From Promethearchaeia archaeon (GTDB lineage Archaea > Asgardarchaeota > Lokiarchaeia > Sigyniarchaeales > SOKP01), in the NCBI GenBank assembly GCA_046497275.1, contig JAWOFX010000091.1, positions 1 to 32,000 on the forward strand: a stretch of DNA of 32,000 bases, written 5' to 3'. The notes below the pieces were generated by a model that was given only the letters and a program-made list of their open reading frames with translations, was not told the origin of the DNA and made no database searches. The translations under genes were made by a program, and so were the position numbers. Shown in pieces: positions 17,759 to 27,636 of this stretch. Numbering within the stretch: position 1 is the stretch's first letter; every line of letters begins with the position of its first letter.

Positions 17759-19666
17759 TTCATACTCCGCATCTACTACATCATCTTGACCTGTAGCTCG
17801 ACGGTATTGTTCCTCTTCAATCTCATCTTGGGTCTTTTTCGGTCCGCCAGAACTATATGTAGATCCAGGTGTTCCACCCATACCTCCAGGTGGAGCTCCT
17901 TGATATGCTTGACCGGGTTGTTGCCCTTGACCATACATTCTTGAGGAAACTTCATGTAGAGCTTGTTGTAGTGCTTCTATTTTGTTTTCTATGTTCTGTT
18001 TATCGTCAGTTTGAAGTGCATTCTTCAAATCTTCGATTTTTTGATCAATTTTATCTTTGAGATCTCCGACCATTTCTTCATTTTCCCGAAGGATCTTTTC
18101 AGCTTGATATACGATTGCCTCTCCACGATTTCGAACTTCTATAAGTTCTTTGAACTTTTTGTCTTCTTCTGCATGTCGTTCGGCTTCCCTGACTTTCTCT
18201 TCAATTTCTTCATCACCCATCTTAGTCGATGCGGTGATTGTAATTGATTGAGATTGTCCAGTAGCCTTATCTTCAGCTGTGACATTTAGGATACCGTCAG
18301 CATCAATATCGAAAGTGACTTTAATTTGAGGCACTCCTCGTGGAGCTGGTGGAATTCCACTCAGATGAAATTTACCAAGTGAAATATTATCTCTCGCTTT
18401 TGGTCGTTCTCCTTGTAGTACATGAATCTCAACTGTATTTTGATTATCGGCAGCAGTTGTGAAGGTTTCTGTAGCTTGTGTTGGAATGGTAGTATTTCTG
18501 TCAATTAATTTTGTAAAGACTCCACCTAATGTTTCAACTCCTAAAGACAATGGAGTCACATCCAACAATAATAGATCTTCTACTTCACCGGTTAATACTC
18601 CTCCTTGAATGGCAGCACCCATCGCAACACATTCCATCGGATCGATACCGCGTTCTGGTTTCGCTCCTAAGAATTCCTTGAATTTTTCTTGGACACTTGG
18701 CATTCTGGTTGGACCTCCAACAAGAATAATTTTATCGACTTCATTGCTTTTCATTCCTGCATCTTGAATAGCCTTTTTAATTGGACCCTCTAACCTCTTT
18801 AATACAGGGTCTATCAACTGTTCTAATTTTGCTCTCGTAATCTCCATGTTTAGATGTTTTGGACCAGAATCTGTTGCTGTGACATAGGGTAAATTAATCT
18901 CAGTTTTTAATACTGTAGATAATTCGATCTTTGCCTTTTCAGCAGCTTCTTTGACTCTTTGTAGTGCCATTTTATCGTTTCGTAAATCAACACCTTCTTG
19001 TTTCTTGAATTCCTCTACGATGTATTCAACGAGTTTGTCGTCCATATCACGACCGCCTAATTGTGTATCTCCAGCAGTGGAAATAACTTCAAATACTCGA
19101 TCGTCCATTTCCATTATAGTGACATCAAATGTACCGCCTCCAAGATCTAATACTGCAATGTTTAAATGTTGTCCTTTTTTATCCAAACCAAATGCTACGG
19201 CTGCAGCGGTCGGTTCGTTAATTAATCGGCGAACATTTAATCCGGCGATCTTACCAGCGTCCTTGGTTGCTTGTCTCTGATTGTCGTTAAAATAGGCTGG
19301 AACAGTTATTATCGCATCTGTGACTTCCTCTCCTAAATAGTCGCTGGCATCTTGCTTAATCTTTCTTAGGATCATAGCAGAGATTTCTTGTGGAGAATAT
19401 TCCTTCCCGTCAATTTCAACGGTGTATGAGGTTCCCATTTTTCTTTTGATTCCTGTAATGGTTCGCTCAGGATTTGAAATTGCTTGTCGTCTGGCAGGTT
19501 CTCCTACTAATCTTTGCCCATCCTTAGTGAATGCTACGACTGATGGAAATGCTTTACCGTATAAAGTAACACCTTCCTTACTCGGAATAATCTCAGGATG
19601 GCCACCACTTAATATAGCGGCTGCGGAGTTGCTTGTTCCTAGGTCAATACCAATTATTTTTCCCAT
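17756..19666 (-). CDS. dnaK: Chaperone DnaK (Hsp70)
   Basis: [51 protein letters not shown]-terminal DVVDAEYE. Lacks the ~24-aa diderm insert. Confidence 0.98.
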   Translation of the reverse strand: MGKIIGIDLGTSNSAAAILSGGHPEIIPSKEGVTLYGKAFPSVVAFTKDGQRLVGEPARRQAISNPERTITGIKRKMGTSYTVEIDGKEYSPQEISAMILRKIKQDASDYLGEEVTDAIITVPAYFNDNQRQATKDAGKIAGLNVRRLINEPTAAAVAFGLDKKGQHLNIAVLDLGGGTFDVTIMEMDDRVFEVISTAGDTQLGGRDMDDKLVEYIVEEFKKQEGVDLRNDKMALQRVKEAAEKAKIELSTVLKTEINLPYVTATDSGPKHLNMEITRAKLEQLIDPVLKRLEGPIKKAIQDAGMKSNEVDKIILVGGPTRMPSVQEKFKEFLGAKPERGIDPMECVAMGAAIQGGVLTGEVEDLLLLDVTPLSLGVETLGGVFTKLIDRNTTIPTQATETFTTAADNQNTVEIHVLQGERPKARDNISLGKFHLSGIPPAPRGVPQIKVTFDIDADGILNVTAEDKATGQSQSITITASTKMGDEEIEEKVREAERHAEEDKKFKELIEVRNRGEAIVYQAEKILRENEEMVGDLKDKIDQKIEDLKNALQTDDKQNIENKIEALQQALHEVSSRMYGQGQQPGQAYQGAPPGGMGGTPGSTYSSGGPKKTQDEIEEEQYRRATGQDDVVDAEYE

Positions 19667-19739
19667 ATTGTTTCACTTCTTAATTTATTTTATATTTAGA
19701 ATTTTTAATTTGATTTTTCTTTAATTTTTATTAACAAAA

Positions 19740-20387
19740 TTAACATAATTTTTTAGAAACCACGACCTTTGCTGGCCTTAAGACTTCCTTGTTAAAATAA
19801 TATCCTTTTTCTAATTCTTCGAGCACAGTATTTTCGGGTTTATCACTATCTTCTCGAACTAACATCGCATCATGTTTATACGGATCGAATTTTTCTCCTT
19901 CACAGTCCATTGGTTCAATGCCTTCTTCCTTTAATATTTTCTCGAAGTTCGTAAGGATCATCTCAAACCCTTTCTTTATTGAATGATCATCTTCCAGAGT
20001 ATTGATGATTTCGTTTGCACGTTTTAAATCATCATAATGACTGACAAGTTTTCGAACTATCTTCTCTGTGGCAAAACGTTTATAATTCGCACTATCTCGA
20101 TCGACGCGCTTTTTATAATTCTCATAATCTGCTTGAAGTATTTGTAATCTATTCAGGTATTTTTCATTTTGTTCTTTAAGATCTTTGATTTTTGCTTGGG
20201 CTTCGTCGAGTTTCTGTTGAAGTTCATCGTTTTTTTCTTTTGATTCTTCCTTCTCTTTCTTGAGATCTTCGTATTTTTGTTCCTTTTCTATAAGCTCCTT
20301 AAATCTTTCAACTGAAATCTGATTTTTTTCTCGATTAGAGTGATTTTGTGGATACATTTTCCTTTCAAATTGGTTTCTAAATACCAT
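19740..20387 (-). CDS. grpE: Nucleotide exchange factor GrpE
   Basis: LQADYENYKKR, GEKFDPYKHDAM, ELEKGYYFNKEVLRPAKVVVS. Confidence 0.95.
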   Translation of the reverse strand: MVFRNQFERKMYPQNHSNREKNQISVERFKELIEKEQKYEDLKKEKEESKEKNDELQQKLDEAQAKIKDLKEQNEKYLNRLQILQADYENYKKRVDRDSANYKRFATEKIVRKLVSHYDDLKRANEIINTLEDDHSIKKGFEMILTNFEKILKEEGIEPMDCEGEKFDPYKHDAMLVREDSDKPENTVLEELEKGYYFNKEVLRPAKVVVSKKLC

Positions 20388-20417
20388 ATTTTTCAGCTTT
20401 TTTTATTATGTCAACCG

Positions 20418-20437
20418 AAGGTTTACAATTAAACCTT
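20418..20437. promoter_or_regulatory. Perfect 8-bp inverted repeat AAGGTTTA-CAAT-TAAACCTT, candidate operator of the chaperone locus
   Basis: Read directly. It lies 30 nt upstream of the grpE start and just downstream of a TATA-like element. Confidence 0.55.
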
Positions 20438-20460
20438 ACTTAATATTATTTGTAAATTGA

Positions 20461-20474
20461 AATATTTAAATATT
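20461..20474 (-). promoter_or_regulatory. TATA-box-like element (TTTAAATA within palindromic AATATTTAAATATT) for grpE
   Basis: Minus strand reads GAAAATCGTAATATTTAAATATT, a purine-rich BRE-like stretch followed by TTTAAATA. Confidence 0.4.
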
Positions 20475-20657
20475 ACGATTTTCAAATATAATAAAAGAAG
20501 AACCTTTCCTTTCACAATTTAAACTTTTTTCTAAATTTCATTTATTGGATATATATCTCATTTATAAAGGATTAGAGCCGTCAAATTCTAAAGTTCTATA
20601 TTATTGTGGTAAAATAACTATAAAAAGGTCGTGGTTTCACGTTATTAGAAAAGATTT

Positions 20658-22067
20658 TTAATTTGTATCAGACTTATTTCGAATAATTTCCAAATGTTTT
20701 TTTAGAGTTTCGACAAGGTTAGCTTTTTCCTTCCAAAGATTATGTTGTTCTTGCGGATCTTTTCTTAAATTGTATAATTGACCTTTGGGCATTCCTTTTT
20801 TTGCTCTCTTTCGTATTGGAGGGGTAAATCCCCCTGAACCAAGACCCTTTATTAATTTCCAATCTCCATTTCGAATGGCAAATAATCCAATATCAGAATG
20901 ATTTATCATAAACTCCCTTATATTGTTTGTACTCTTTTTTCCTAAAAATGCATTCAACATGTTTTCGCTATCTTCTGCAGCATTCGGGAGGGATTCTCCA
21001 ATAAGAGCACATAGAGTTCCAAAAATATCTACCAAACAGGTAGGTTCATTCGAGATTGCATTTGTAGGAATATGGTTTTTCCATTTTGCAATCAAGGGTA
21101 TTCGATGTCCCCCTTCCCAAATATCAGCTTTTTGTCCCCTCCAATTCCCATTAGATTTATGACCATAATCTTTACCATTATAACAAATGGCTCGGGCTCC
21201 ATTATCACTTGTTATAATTAAAAGAGTTTTATCTAATAATCCTAAATGTTCAAGTTCTTGATATATCTGCCCAACTATCCAATCAAATAGTACAACCATA
21301 TCCCCTCGATCTCCTGCTTCGCTTTTCCCAATAACAAAATCTGGTCTAATATCACATGGACGATGAGGAGCTGAGGTACAAAAGTATAGAAAAAATGGGT
21401 TATCCTTCTGTTCCGCTACGTGCGTATTAATGAATTCTTTAGCTTTCTCTGTGAATTTAATATCTACTTCTTCATCTCTCCATCCTGGTGTCATCAAGCC
21501 TTGTACTTGTTGTTGGTATAACTCTTCTTTCATTATACTGGGAATTCCTACAGTATGGTCATTTTCTATAAAGCAATACGGATGCATATCCAGAGAGCCT
21601 GGAATTCCAAAAAAATAATCAAAACCTAATGATAGTGGGCCATCTTTGATTGGTTTACTATAATCAACATTCGGTTCTTTTTCCATCAAATTCATTATCG
21701 GCTCATAATCAGGAGTGGGCCATTTCAGACCTAAATGCCACTTTCCTATCGCGGCTGTATGATAGCCCTTCTTTTTAAGAAGGGAAGCGATGGTTGGTCG
21801 GTCTTTCTCAATTATAGGCCAACTATATCCCCACAACACACCTCGCTTTAAACGCGATCGCCAGCTATATCTTCCTGTAATTATTGAATATCTACTCGGT
21901 GAACAAACTGCCGAAGAAGAATGAGCATCTGTAAATCTTATGCCCTCAAAGGCAATTTTATCTATGTGAGGTGTAGGTATTTTCTCAGAACCATAACAAC
22001 CAACATCTCCATAACCTAAATCATCAGCAAGTATAAAAATAATGTTTGGATATGATATTTCTTCCAT
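20658..22067 (-). CDS. Arylsulfatase-family sulfatase (Cys-type)
   Basis: PNIIFILADDLGYGD, formylglycine motif C55-SPSR, GKWHLG, ITSDNG, GGHRIP, LYNLRKDPQEQHNL. Confidence 0.92.
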   Translation of the reverse strand: MEEISYPNIIFILADDLGYGDVGCYGSEKIPTPHIDKIAFEGIRFTDAHSSSAVCSPSRYSIITGRYSWRSRLKRGVLWGYSWPIIEKDRPTIASLLKKKGYHTAAIGKWHLGLKWPTPDYEPIMNLMEKEPNVDYSKPIKDGPLSLGFDYFFGIPGSLDMHPYCFIENDHTVGIPSIMKEELYQQQVQGLMTPGWRDEEVDIKFTEKAKEFINTHVAEQKDNPFFLYFCTSAPHRPCDIRPDFVIGKSEAGDRGDMVVLFDWIVGQIYQELEHLGLLDKTLLIITSDNGARAICYNGKDYGHKSNGNWRGQKADIWEGGHRIPLIAKWKNHIPTNAISNEPTCLVDIFGTLCALIGESLPNAAEDSENMLNAFLGKKSTNNIREFMINHSDIGLFAIRNGDWKLIKGLGSGGFTPPIRKRAKKGMPKGQLYNLRKDPQEQHNLWKEKANLVETLKKHLEIIRNKSDTN

Positions 22068-22197
22068 AGTTTTATATAGATGGTGTTGATTTTAAACTTT
22101 TTTAGGAAGAAGTTATTTGATGATAAAATAATTCCAAAAGATCATGTTGAAGTCATTATTAATAATAGTGTAAATTTTTTTAAAAAAAAAGAAAGAA

Positions 22198-22752
22198 TTA
22201 AGTTAATCTTTTTTTTGTGATGCGAATCACCAACAGGATTAGGGCTATAAAGAAAAATCCAATTCCTAAAATCAGAAGAGAAAATTTAATTAATGCGCTA
22301 ATTGAAGCAATAAATGGGACAATTGCAATAAAACTTGCTGGATTCTGAAGCATAATGAGTAAATTAATATTTTCAATTAGGTCAAATATTCCCGCGATTA
22401 AAGGTATTAGTGTAATATATAATCCTATGCTCTGAATTTTTCCGCTTAAGTTACGAGAAACTAAAAGAATAGACGCCGAGATAAAAAATCCATATCCGAT
22501 AATATATAAGAAATCCCAGTAGACTCCAATGGTTTGAGCTTCTATTCCGACAGTACCCCAAGCGGCGAATATTACTGTGATTCTCTCTGCAGTCCATGCG
22601 AATTCAAAATCTAACACATTATAAGTTGAGACAAACTTAGACAAGGGGGCAAACACTAATTGATTAATTAATATGAATAGTACAAATGCCCCAATAGTGA
22701 TTATTACCAGATATAGGGTACGCGGAAATTCTTTTAACTTATCTAAGAACAA
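22198..22752 (-). CDS. Hypothetical four-TM membrane protein
   Basis: TTG start, four hydrophobic segments, YWDFLYIIGYG and AGIFDLIENINLL motifs; no function assignable. Confidence 0.7.
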   Translation of the reverse strand: MFLDKLKEFPRTLYLVIITIGAFVLFILINQLVFAPLSKFVSTYNVLDFEFAWTAERITVIFAAWGTVGIEAQTIGVYWDFLYIIGYGFFISASILLVSRNLSGKIQSIGLYITLIPLIAGIFDLIENINLLIMLQNPASFIAIVPFIASISALIKFSLLILGIGFFFIALILLVIRITKKRLT

Positions 22753-22949
22753 TTTTATTACCTTTTGAAATGTTAAATTTATATTATTATAATTTCATTA
22801 GGATTAATTCTTTGATATAACTTTCCCTATCGTCTATTTTATTGAATAAATTAAGGCTAAAAAATTAAAAAAAATAAAAAAATTTAGAATATTTATAACT
22901 GATTTTTATTTTTTTATTTGAACAAGTATATATAGGATCAAATATGAGG

Positions 22950-23288
22950 TTAACATTCCAATAGTACTTTATCTTTCAAAATTTTTTTCAATTCAGCCAT
23001 ACAATTTTTAAAATCTAAAGCTGACCCTCTTCCTCTTGATTTAGTTTCCTCTTGAAATGATTTTGGTCCTGTTCTCAAAGGAGGAGGATGTAAAGCTTTT
23101 ATGGGTTTGTGATTTATATTATTATAATTCAGAGTTCTGATATTAACAACATCCCCAGAAATTCCTAAAATAATATCACGGATAAAACCCGAAACCGTTT
23201 TTTGAAACGCTTCTGCGGCTTGTTTTATCATCAATTTTTCTTCAGGGGTAACTCTAAATCCAATAGTCTTATTCCTTTTTTCATTCAT
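22950..23288 (-). CDS. Ribbon-helix-helix DNA-binding protein (MobC/DUF1778-like N-terminus)
   Basis: RNKTIGFRVTPEEKLMIKQAAEAFQKTVSGFIRDII fits the strand-helix-helix RHH pattern. Confidence 0.65.
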   Translation of the reverse strand: MNEKRNKTIGFRVTPEEKLMIKQAAEAFQKTVSGFIRDIILGISGDVVNIRTLNYNNINHKPIKALHPPPLRTGPKSFQEETKSRGRGSALDFKNCMAELKKILKDKVLLEC

Positions 23289-23524
23289 ATAAAATTATTT
23301 TCAAAATCCTCTTGTTTTCTTTTATTTTTTAAATCATATGTAAATTCCCCTTAATAAATGTTTTTTACTTCTTTGTGAAAAGTTTATAAGAAAAAGTTAT
23401 AAAAAAATCTTTTCTCTATATTTTTGGTAAATCATGAGAAGAAAATCCTCAGATTTCCTTTATGACTCAAAAATTCTTTTTTTTTTATTGATAAAAAGAG
23501 AAATTTGAGGTCTCTATTTATAAT

Positions 23525-24103
23525 TCAGTCTCCATTACTCTTCCTTCTTAGCTCTTGCCATTCGCTCCTCAATAATCTATACTTATATACATCATAGTAC
23601 TCTCCATTGACATAAACTTCCTCTTTCAATTCAGCTTCCTTGATTAGGCCAATCTTGTCCTCTGCAACCTTCCAAGATGCTATATTTGGTGTGTGAACTC
23701 CAGCATAAATCTTATGAAGATCTAATTCCTGAAATGCATAATCAATAACCATTTGAGCAGCTTCTGTAGCATAACCTTTTCTCCAATACTCAATCTCACC
23801 AATTCGGATAAATACATTAGCATTTCGATTAACCCAGTTGATATGATTTAACCCCACAAACCCAATCGGTTTCTTATCTTCTTTATGCCACATTTCAAAG
23901 GATATAAACTCTGGTGTTTGATCTTCATGAGGTTCAAACCATTGATCTATATTATCTTTAGTAATGGGAAATGCATTATGTGCAAATGTTCGTGCTTCTG
24001 GGATATTCATCCATTTTACATATAATTGTTTATGATCAGAATCTGATGGTCTTAGATCAATTCTATCTCCATATAAAAAGGATGGTTTATCTTTATCTTC
24101 CAT
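23525..24103 (-). CDS. RimJ/RimL-type GNAT acetyltransferase, copy 3
   Basis: IGFVGLNHINWVNRNANVFIRIGEIEYWRKGYATEAAQMVIDYAFQELDLHKI. Confidence 0.88.
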   Translation of the reverse strand: MEDKDKPSFLYGDRIDLRPSDSDHKQLYVKWMNIPEARTFAHNAFPITKDNIDQWFEPHEDQTPEFISFEMWHKEDKKPIGFVGLNHINWVNRNANVFIRIGEIEYWRKGYATEAAQMVIDYAFQELDLHKIYAGVHTPNIASWKVAEDKIGLIKEAELKEEVYVNGEYYDVYKYRLLRSEWQELRRKSNGD

Positions 24104-24134
24104 TTTTTTCCTCTTTTTTAAAAATTTTTAATGT

Positions 24135-24722
24135 TCATTTAGATTTTATCCAATCTTCCTTGAATATAGCATATTTTCTAGCATCATGACGTTTTCCATC
24201 AACATAGATGAAGTTTTTCAATCGTCCTTCTATTTTAAATCCCACATTTTCGGCACAAGACCATGAAGCTATGTTCGGCTCAAAAACTCCGGCATAAATC
24301 TTATTTAAGTTCAATTCTTTGAAGGCATAATCTAAAATTAATTTAGCTGCTTCAGTTGCTAATCCTTTTCCCCAATACTCCTTTTCTCCAATGATCATCC
24401 ATATATTAGCTTTTCTCACTATATAATCAATTCTGCTTAATCCTCCATTTCCTATTACCCGCCGATCTGCTTTATGCCATAGTTCAAAACCTATATGTTT
24501 TTTAGTTTCCTCTTGGGAGGGTTCTTCGAACCATTTTTTAAGATCTTCCTTTGTTTTAGGGATTTCATTTCGGCTAAATATTCTTACTTCTTGATCATTT
24601 ATCCATTTATAATATAACTCTAAATTATCCATATTTCTCGGGAGAAGATCAAGTTTTTCTCCTTTAACAAATGGAACAATCAATTTTTCCTTCTTTTTAT
24701 CCTTATTCTCATTATTTGGCAT
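24135..24722 (-). CDS. RimJ/RimL-type GNAT acetyltransferase, copy 2
   Basis: IGNGGLSRIDYIVRKANIWMIIGEKEYWGKGLATEAAKLILDYAFKELNLNKI. Confidence 0.88.
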   Translation of the reverse strand: MPNNENKDKKKEKLIVPFVKGEKLDLLPRNMDNLELYYKWINDQEVRIFSRNEIPKTKEDLKKWFEEPSQEETKKHIGFELWHKADRRVIGNGGLSRIDYIVRKANIWMIIGEKEYWGKGLATEAAKLILDYAFKELNLNKIYAGVFEPNIASWSCAENVGFKIEGRLKNFIYVDGKRHDARKYAIFKEDWIKSK

Positions 24723-24746
24723 CCATTACACCTAAACAACTATAAT

Positions 24747-25355
24747 TTATTTCTTATTTCTAACAGCTGTCCAATCTTCACGAAACACAGCATATTGTCT
24801 TTCTGGAAAAAATTTACCTTCCACATATGCCTCATCTTTCAATTTAGCTTCAAGTTCAAATCCAATTTTTTCCGCGGTTTTCCAACCGGAGATGTTTGGT
24901 TCCATTATTGTTGAAATAATTTTCTTAAGATTCAATTCTAAAAAACCATAATTAATTAGTAATTTACCAACTTCAGTTCCTATAGATTTCCTTTGATACT
25001 GGGGATCTAAAATGATTAAGATATTTGCGAAACGATTAAACCAATTTATGTCAATCAATCCGCACACACCTATAATTTTTTTATCTTTTTTATGCCAGAT
25101 ATCTAATAATATACTCCTTTCTTCTCCTTTTTCTTTTGATTTAATTTTTTTTTTAATCTCCTCTTTAGTTTGGGGAAATTCATTTCTAGAATACATCCTT
25201 AATTCTTCTAGATTAAACCACTTTATATAGAGATTGATATGCTCAAAATTTATAGGCAACAAATCAATGGCTTCTCCTTTAAGGAATGGAGCAATTATTT
25301 CTTCTTTTTCATTATCATCTTGCGTCTTCTCTACGTCCTTCCCTTTTTCACCCAT
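24747..25355 (-). CDS. RimJ/RimL-type GNAT acetyltransferase, copy 1
   Basis: IGVCGLIDINWFNRFANILIILDPQYQRKSIGTEVGKLLINYGFLELNLKKI. Confidence 0.85.
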   Translation of the reverse strand: MGEKGKDVEKTQDDNEKEEIIAPFLKGEAIDLLPINFEHINLYIKWFNLEELRMYSRNEFPQTKEEIKKKIKSKEKGEERSILLDIWHKKDKKIIGVCGLIDINWFNRFANILIILDPQYQRKSIGTEVGKLLINYGFLELNLKKIISTIMEPNISGWKTAEKIGFELEAKLKDEAYVEGKFFPERQYAVFREDWTAVRNKK

Positions 25356-25526
25356 TTTAAATCATGCTCTTGATAATAATTACGTGATTTAATTAATCTT
25401 TGATCTTATTTAATTGTGTTTAAGAGTACCTCTTTGTAGTGTTGGTTTTCAACTTTAAATCATTTACCACATTAGAGTAACTTATTTTGGTATTAAGGAT
25501 ATTAATTTAAAAAAAATTTAGCTCTC

Positions 25527-26222
25527 TCATATAAAGAATCGGATTATCCAAAAGCCAATAGTCACTAAAGTTCCCATTAAAAATAACAGAGGTCTTCCAC
25601 TTCCTCCTTGAGGTATCACATCTCGTATAACCATATAAAACAAAACGCCCAATGCGAAGGACAGAACATAATTAGTATAGATTTGTTCTAGTTCTAAAAT
25701 AACCCCCAAGGTCGCCCCGATGATTGGGAGTATGGATAAAAGGATCTTGCTAACCTTATCGTTCAAACGGATGTCTATTGAATCCAATGAAATAGAAGAG
25801 GATAACATTTGAAGGAAAAGAGGAATAGATAATTCTATCAGCACAAGTGGATCGGTTAAAAAAACAGCTGCGATAATGAAACCGACCATAAAATTATCAA
25901 ATCCAAATCCAAAAATGTGAATTATTTTAAGATCTTCCAATATCTTCTGCTTGTTCTCTACATGACGATAAATATATTTCTCAGCCAAGTGCATAATTAT
26001 AAAGCCAATAAGCATAAATAAAAACAGAAGACTTGAGAAATTTATTGAAACCAGATCAGGTATAAGAATTAAGAACAATAAAGAAATCAATAATCCAGAA
26101 CTTAAACTGAGGATCTGATCGCGGTATTTTGATGCTAATCCTGAAATCCGGTGACCAAAATAATCCGTTAGTCCCATTACTATAGCAACAATATATATTA
26201 AAACAATAAGGACCTCATTCAT
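25527..26222 (-). CDS. ZIP-family-like metal transporter
   Basis: Eight hydrophobic segments with SLSSGLLISLLFLILIPD, GFIIMHLAEKY and LSFALGVLFYMVIRDVIP patterns of ZIP (ZupT/GufA-like) proteins. Confidence 0.6.
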   Translation of the reverse strand: MNEVLIVLIYIVAIVMGLTDYFGHRISGLASKYRDQILSLSSGLLISLLFLILIPDLVSINFSSLLFLFMLIGFIIMHLAEKYIYRHVENKQKILEDLKIIHIFGFGFDNFMVGFIIAAVFLTDPLVLIELSIPLFLQMLSSSISLDSIDIRLNDKVSKILLSILPIIGATLGVILELEQIYTNYVLSFALGVLFYMVIRDVIPQGGSGRPLLFLMGTLVTIGFWIIRFFI

Positions 26223-26369
26223 GATATGATTTTTAAAATTCTTTAATAATTCTTAATGATGATAAATTATAGATATTAATAGTAATAGTTTTAATTATAA
26301 AAAAATTCCAGAAATGTCATAATTAGATTTTTGAATGAATTTTGCTTTTCAAAAAAAACAAAAATTGGT

Positions 26370-26388
26370 TTCAAATTTATTTAAAAAC
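26370..26388 (+). promoter_or_regulatory. Promoter motif TTCAAATTTATTTAAAAAC, shared with the paralog's upstream region
   Basis: Near-identical to 28311-28328, at nearly the same distance (about 51 nt) from the respective start codon; contains TATA-like TTTATTTAAA. Confidence 0.5.
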
Positions 26389-26439
26389 AACTTCAAATTT
26401 TCTAATCATAGAAAAATTACAGAATGGTGAATACCAAAT

Positions 26440-27489
26440 ATGCAAAAAAAATTTATCGTGATTTTGGCGATATCTGCGCTCCTAACTGCGGGAATTGTGA
26501 CATTCGGAATTTATGGATATGCAACGGCGGGAAAAGTAGAAAATACTTTTTATTACACCTACTCATCAACTGGAGGAGAGGTTGAAGATATTAATATCAA
26601 TACCGACATAGGAATGGTTGTTATTAATTACAACACTACTTCAATGGAATCCTATATGGAAGCTAATATAAATGCGTCAGTTGAAGGGTTATTTATAGAA
26701 GGAAAGCCCTTTGAAGAGTTTTACAACCAACCAGTCACAGCTAATGGATCATCAACTAAAACTCTCGAATTTTCAATGAAGAGAGATCAATGGTTTAATC
26801 CATCGACTTGGTTTTCTGTGAGGAGGGTTGTAATTAATTTAACATTAAGGACTGATGTCGTGTATAATATAAATGTAAATGTATCTCTCGGAACCATTGT
26901 ATTGAATGTTCCAGAAAATGTTACTATAGGGAATTTAGGTTTACTTTCTAGTACAGGGACAGTTTCTGTTGATTTGTCTGAAAACACTAAAATAAACACT
27001 GTTGATATTGAAACAAGTACTGGTAAGATCGAATTAGATAGTCTAAAAACTAATTATACTAATGGGATAGACTTAACCACGAGTACTGGATCCATTGAAG
27101 TATCTCTTTCTAATGGGATCATTAATGGAGATATTAACACAGAAACCTCCACAGGAAATTCTTACGTTGATATTTTTAATATGACTTATGAAACTAACTC
27201 TGTCTGGAGTATTAGGGGATCTACCGGGAATGTATTTCTAAATATTGAGCAAGATGAGAATATGAATGCGAATGTATCAAGTTCTGTTATAGTGAGCACT
27301 GGGAGGATTGAAGTGATTTACCGAGACTGGAGCGTTAATGTGGGAGCTAAGTTTGTGGGATCTACATCAACGGGAATCATAGACGCGGATCTGCCATATG
27401 AATCTTTGGGATTCGATAGTGCAGATTATACATATGACTTCACTCTAGAAACAAGTACAGGAAATATAATTTTCGCTGCAATTGAATAA
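26440..27489 (+). CDS. Membrane-anchored beta-repeat protein (DUF4097/putative adhesin-like), paralog 1
   Basis: N-terminal TM, then repeated T-S-T-G-x-I/V units (SSTGTV, TSTGKI, TSTGSI, TSTGNS, GSTGNV, VSTGRI, TSTGII, TSTGNI). Confidence 0.65.
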   Translation: MQKKFIVILAISALLTAGIVTFGIYGYATAGKVENTFYYTYSSTGGEVEDININTDIGMVVINYNTTSMESYMEANINASVEGLFIEGKPFEEFYNQPVTANGSSTKTLEFSMKRDQWFNPSTWFSVRRVVINLTLRTDVVYNINVNVSLGTIVLNVPENVTIGNLGLLSSTGTVSVDLSENTKINTVDIETSTGKIELDSLKTNYTNGIDLTTSTGSIEVSLSNGIINGDINTETSTGNSYVDIFNMTYETNSVWSIRGSTGNVFLNIEQDENMNANVSSSVIVSTGRIEVIYRDWSVNVGAKFVGSTSTGIIDADLPYESLGFDSADYTYDFTLETSTGNIIFAAIE

Positions 27490-27636
27490 AATACCTTTTT
27501 ACTTTATTTTTATTTTTTTAAATTGATTTATTATTTTCTTATGTTAATATATCCAAATTTAACCTTTAGGAATTTCATGAACAGTAAAACAAAAAATGAG
27601 AAAAAATATAACGTAATTTTAATAATTCTAGTATTT

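Noticed and set aside
17869-19724. Antisense ORFs within dnaK
   Set aside because: Antisense open frames are a well-known artefact of conserved hsp70 codon patterns.
22860-22920. A-rich then T-rich tracts as a mobile-element end or repeat
   Set aside because: Low-complexity intergenic sequence consistent with terminators; no transposase or target duplication.
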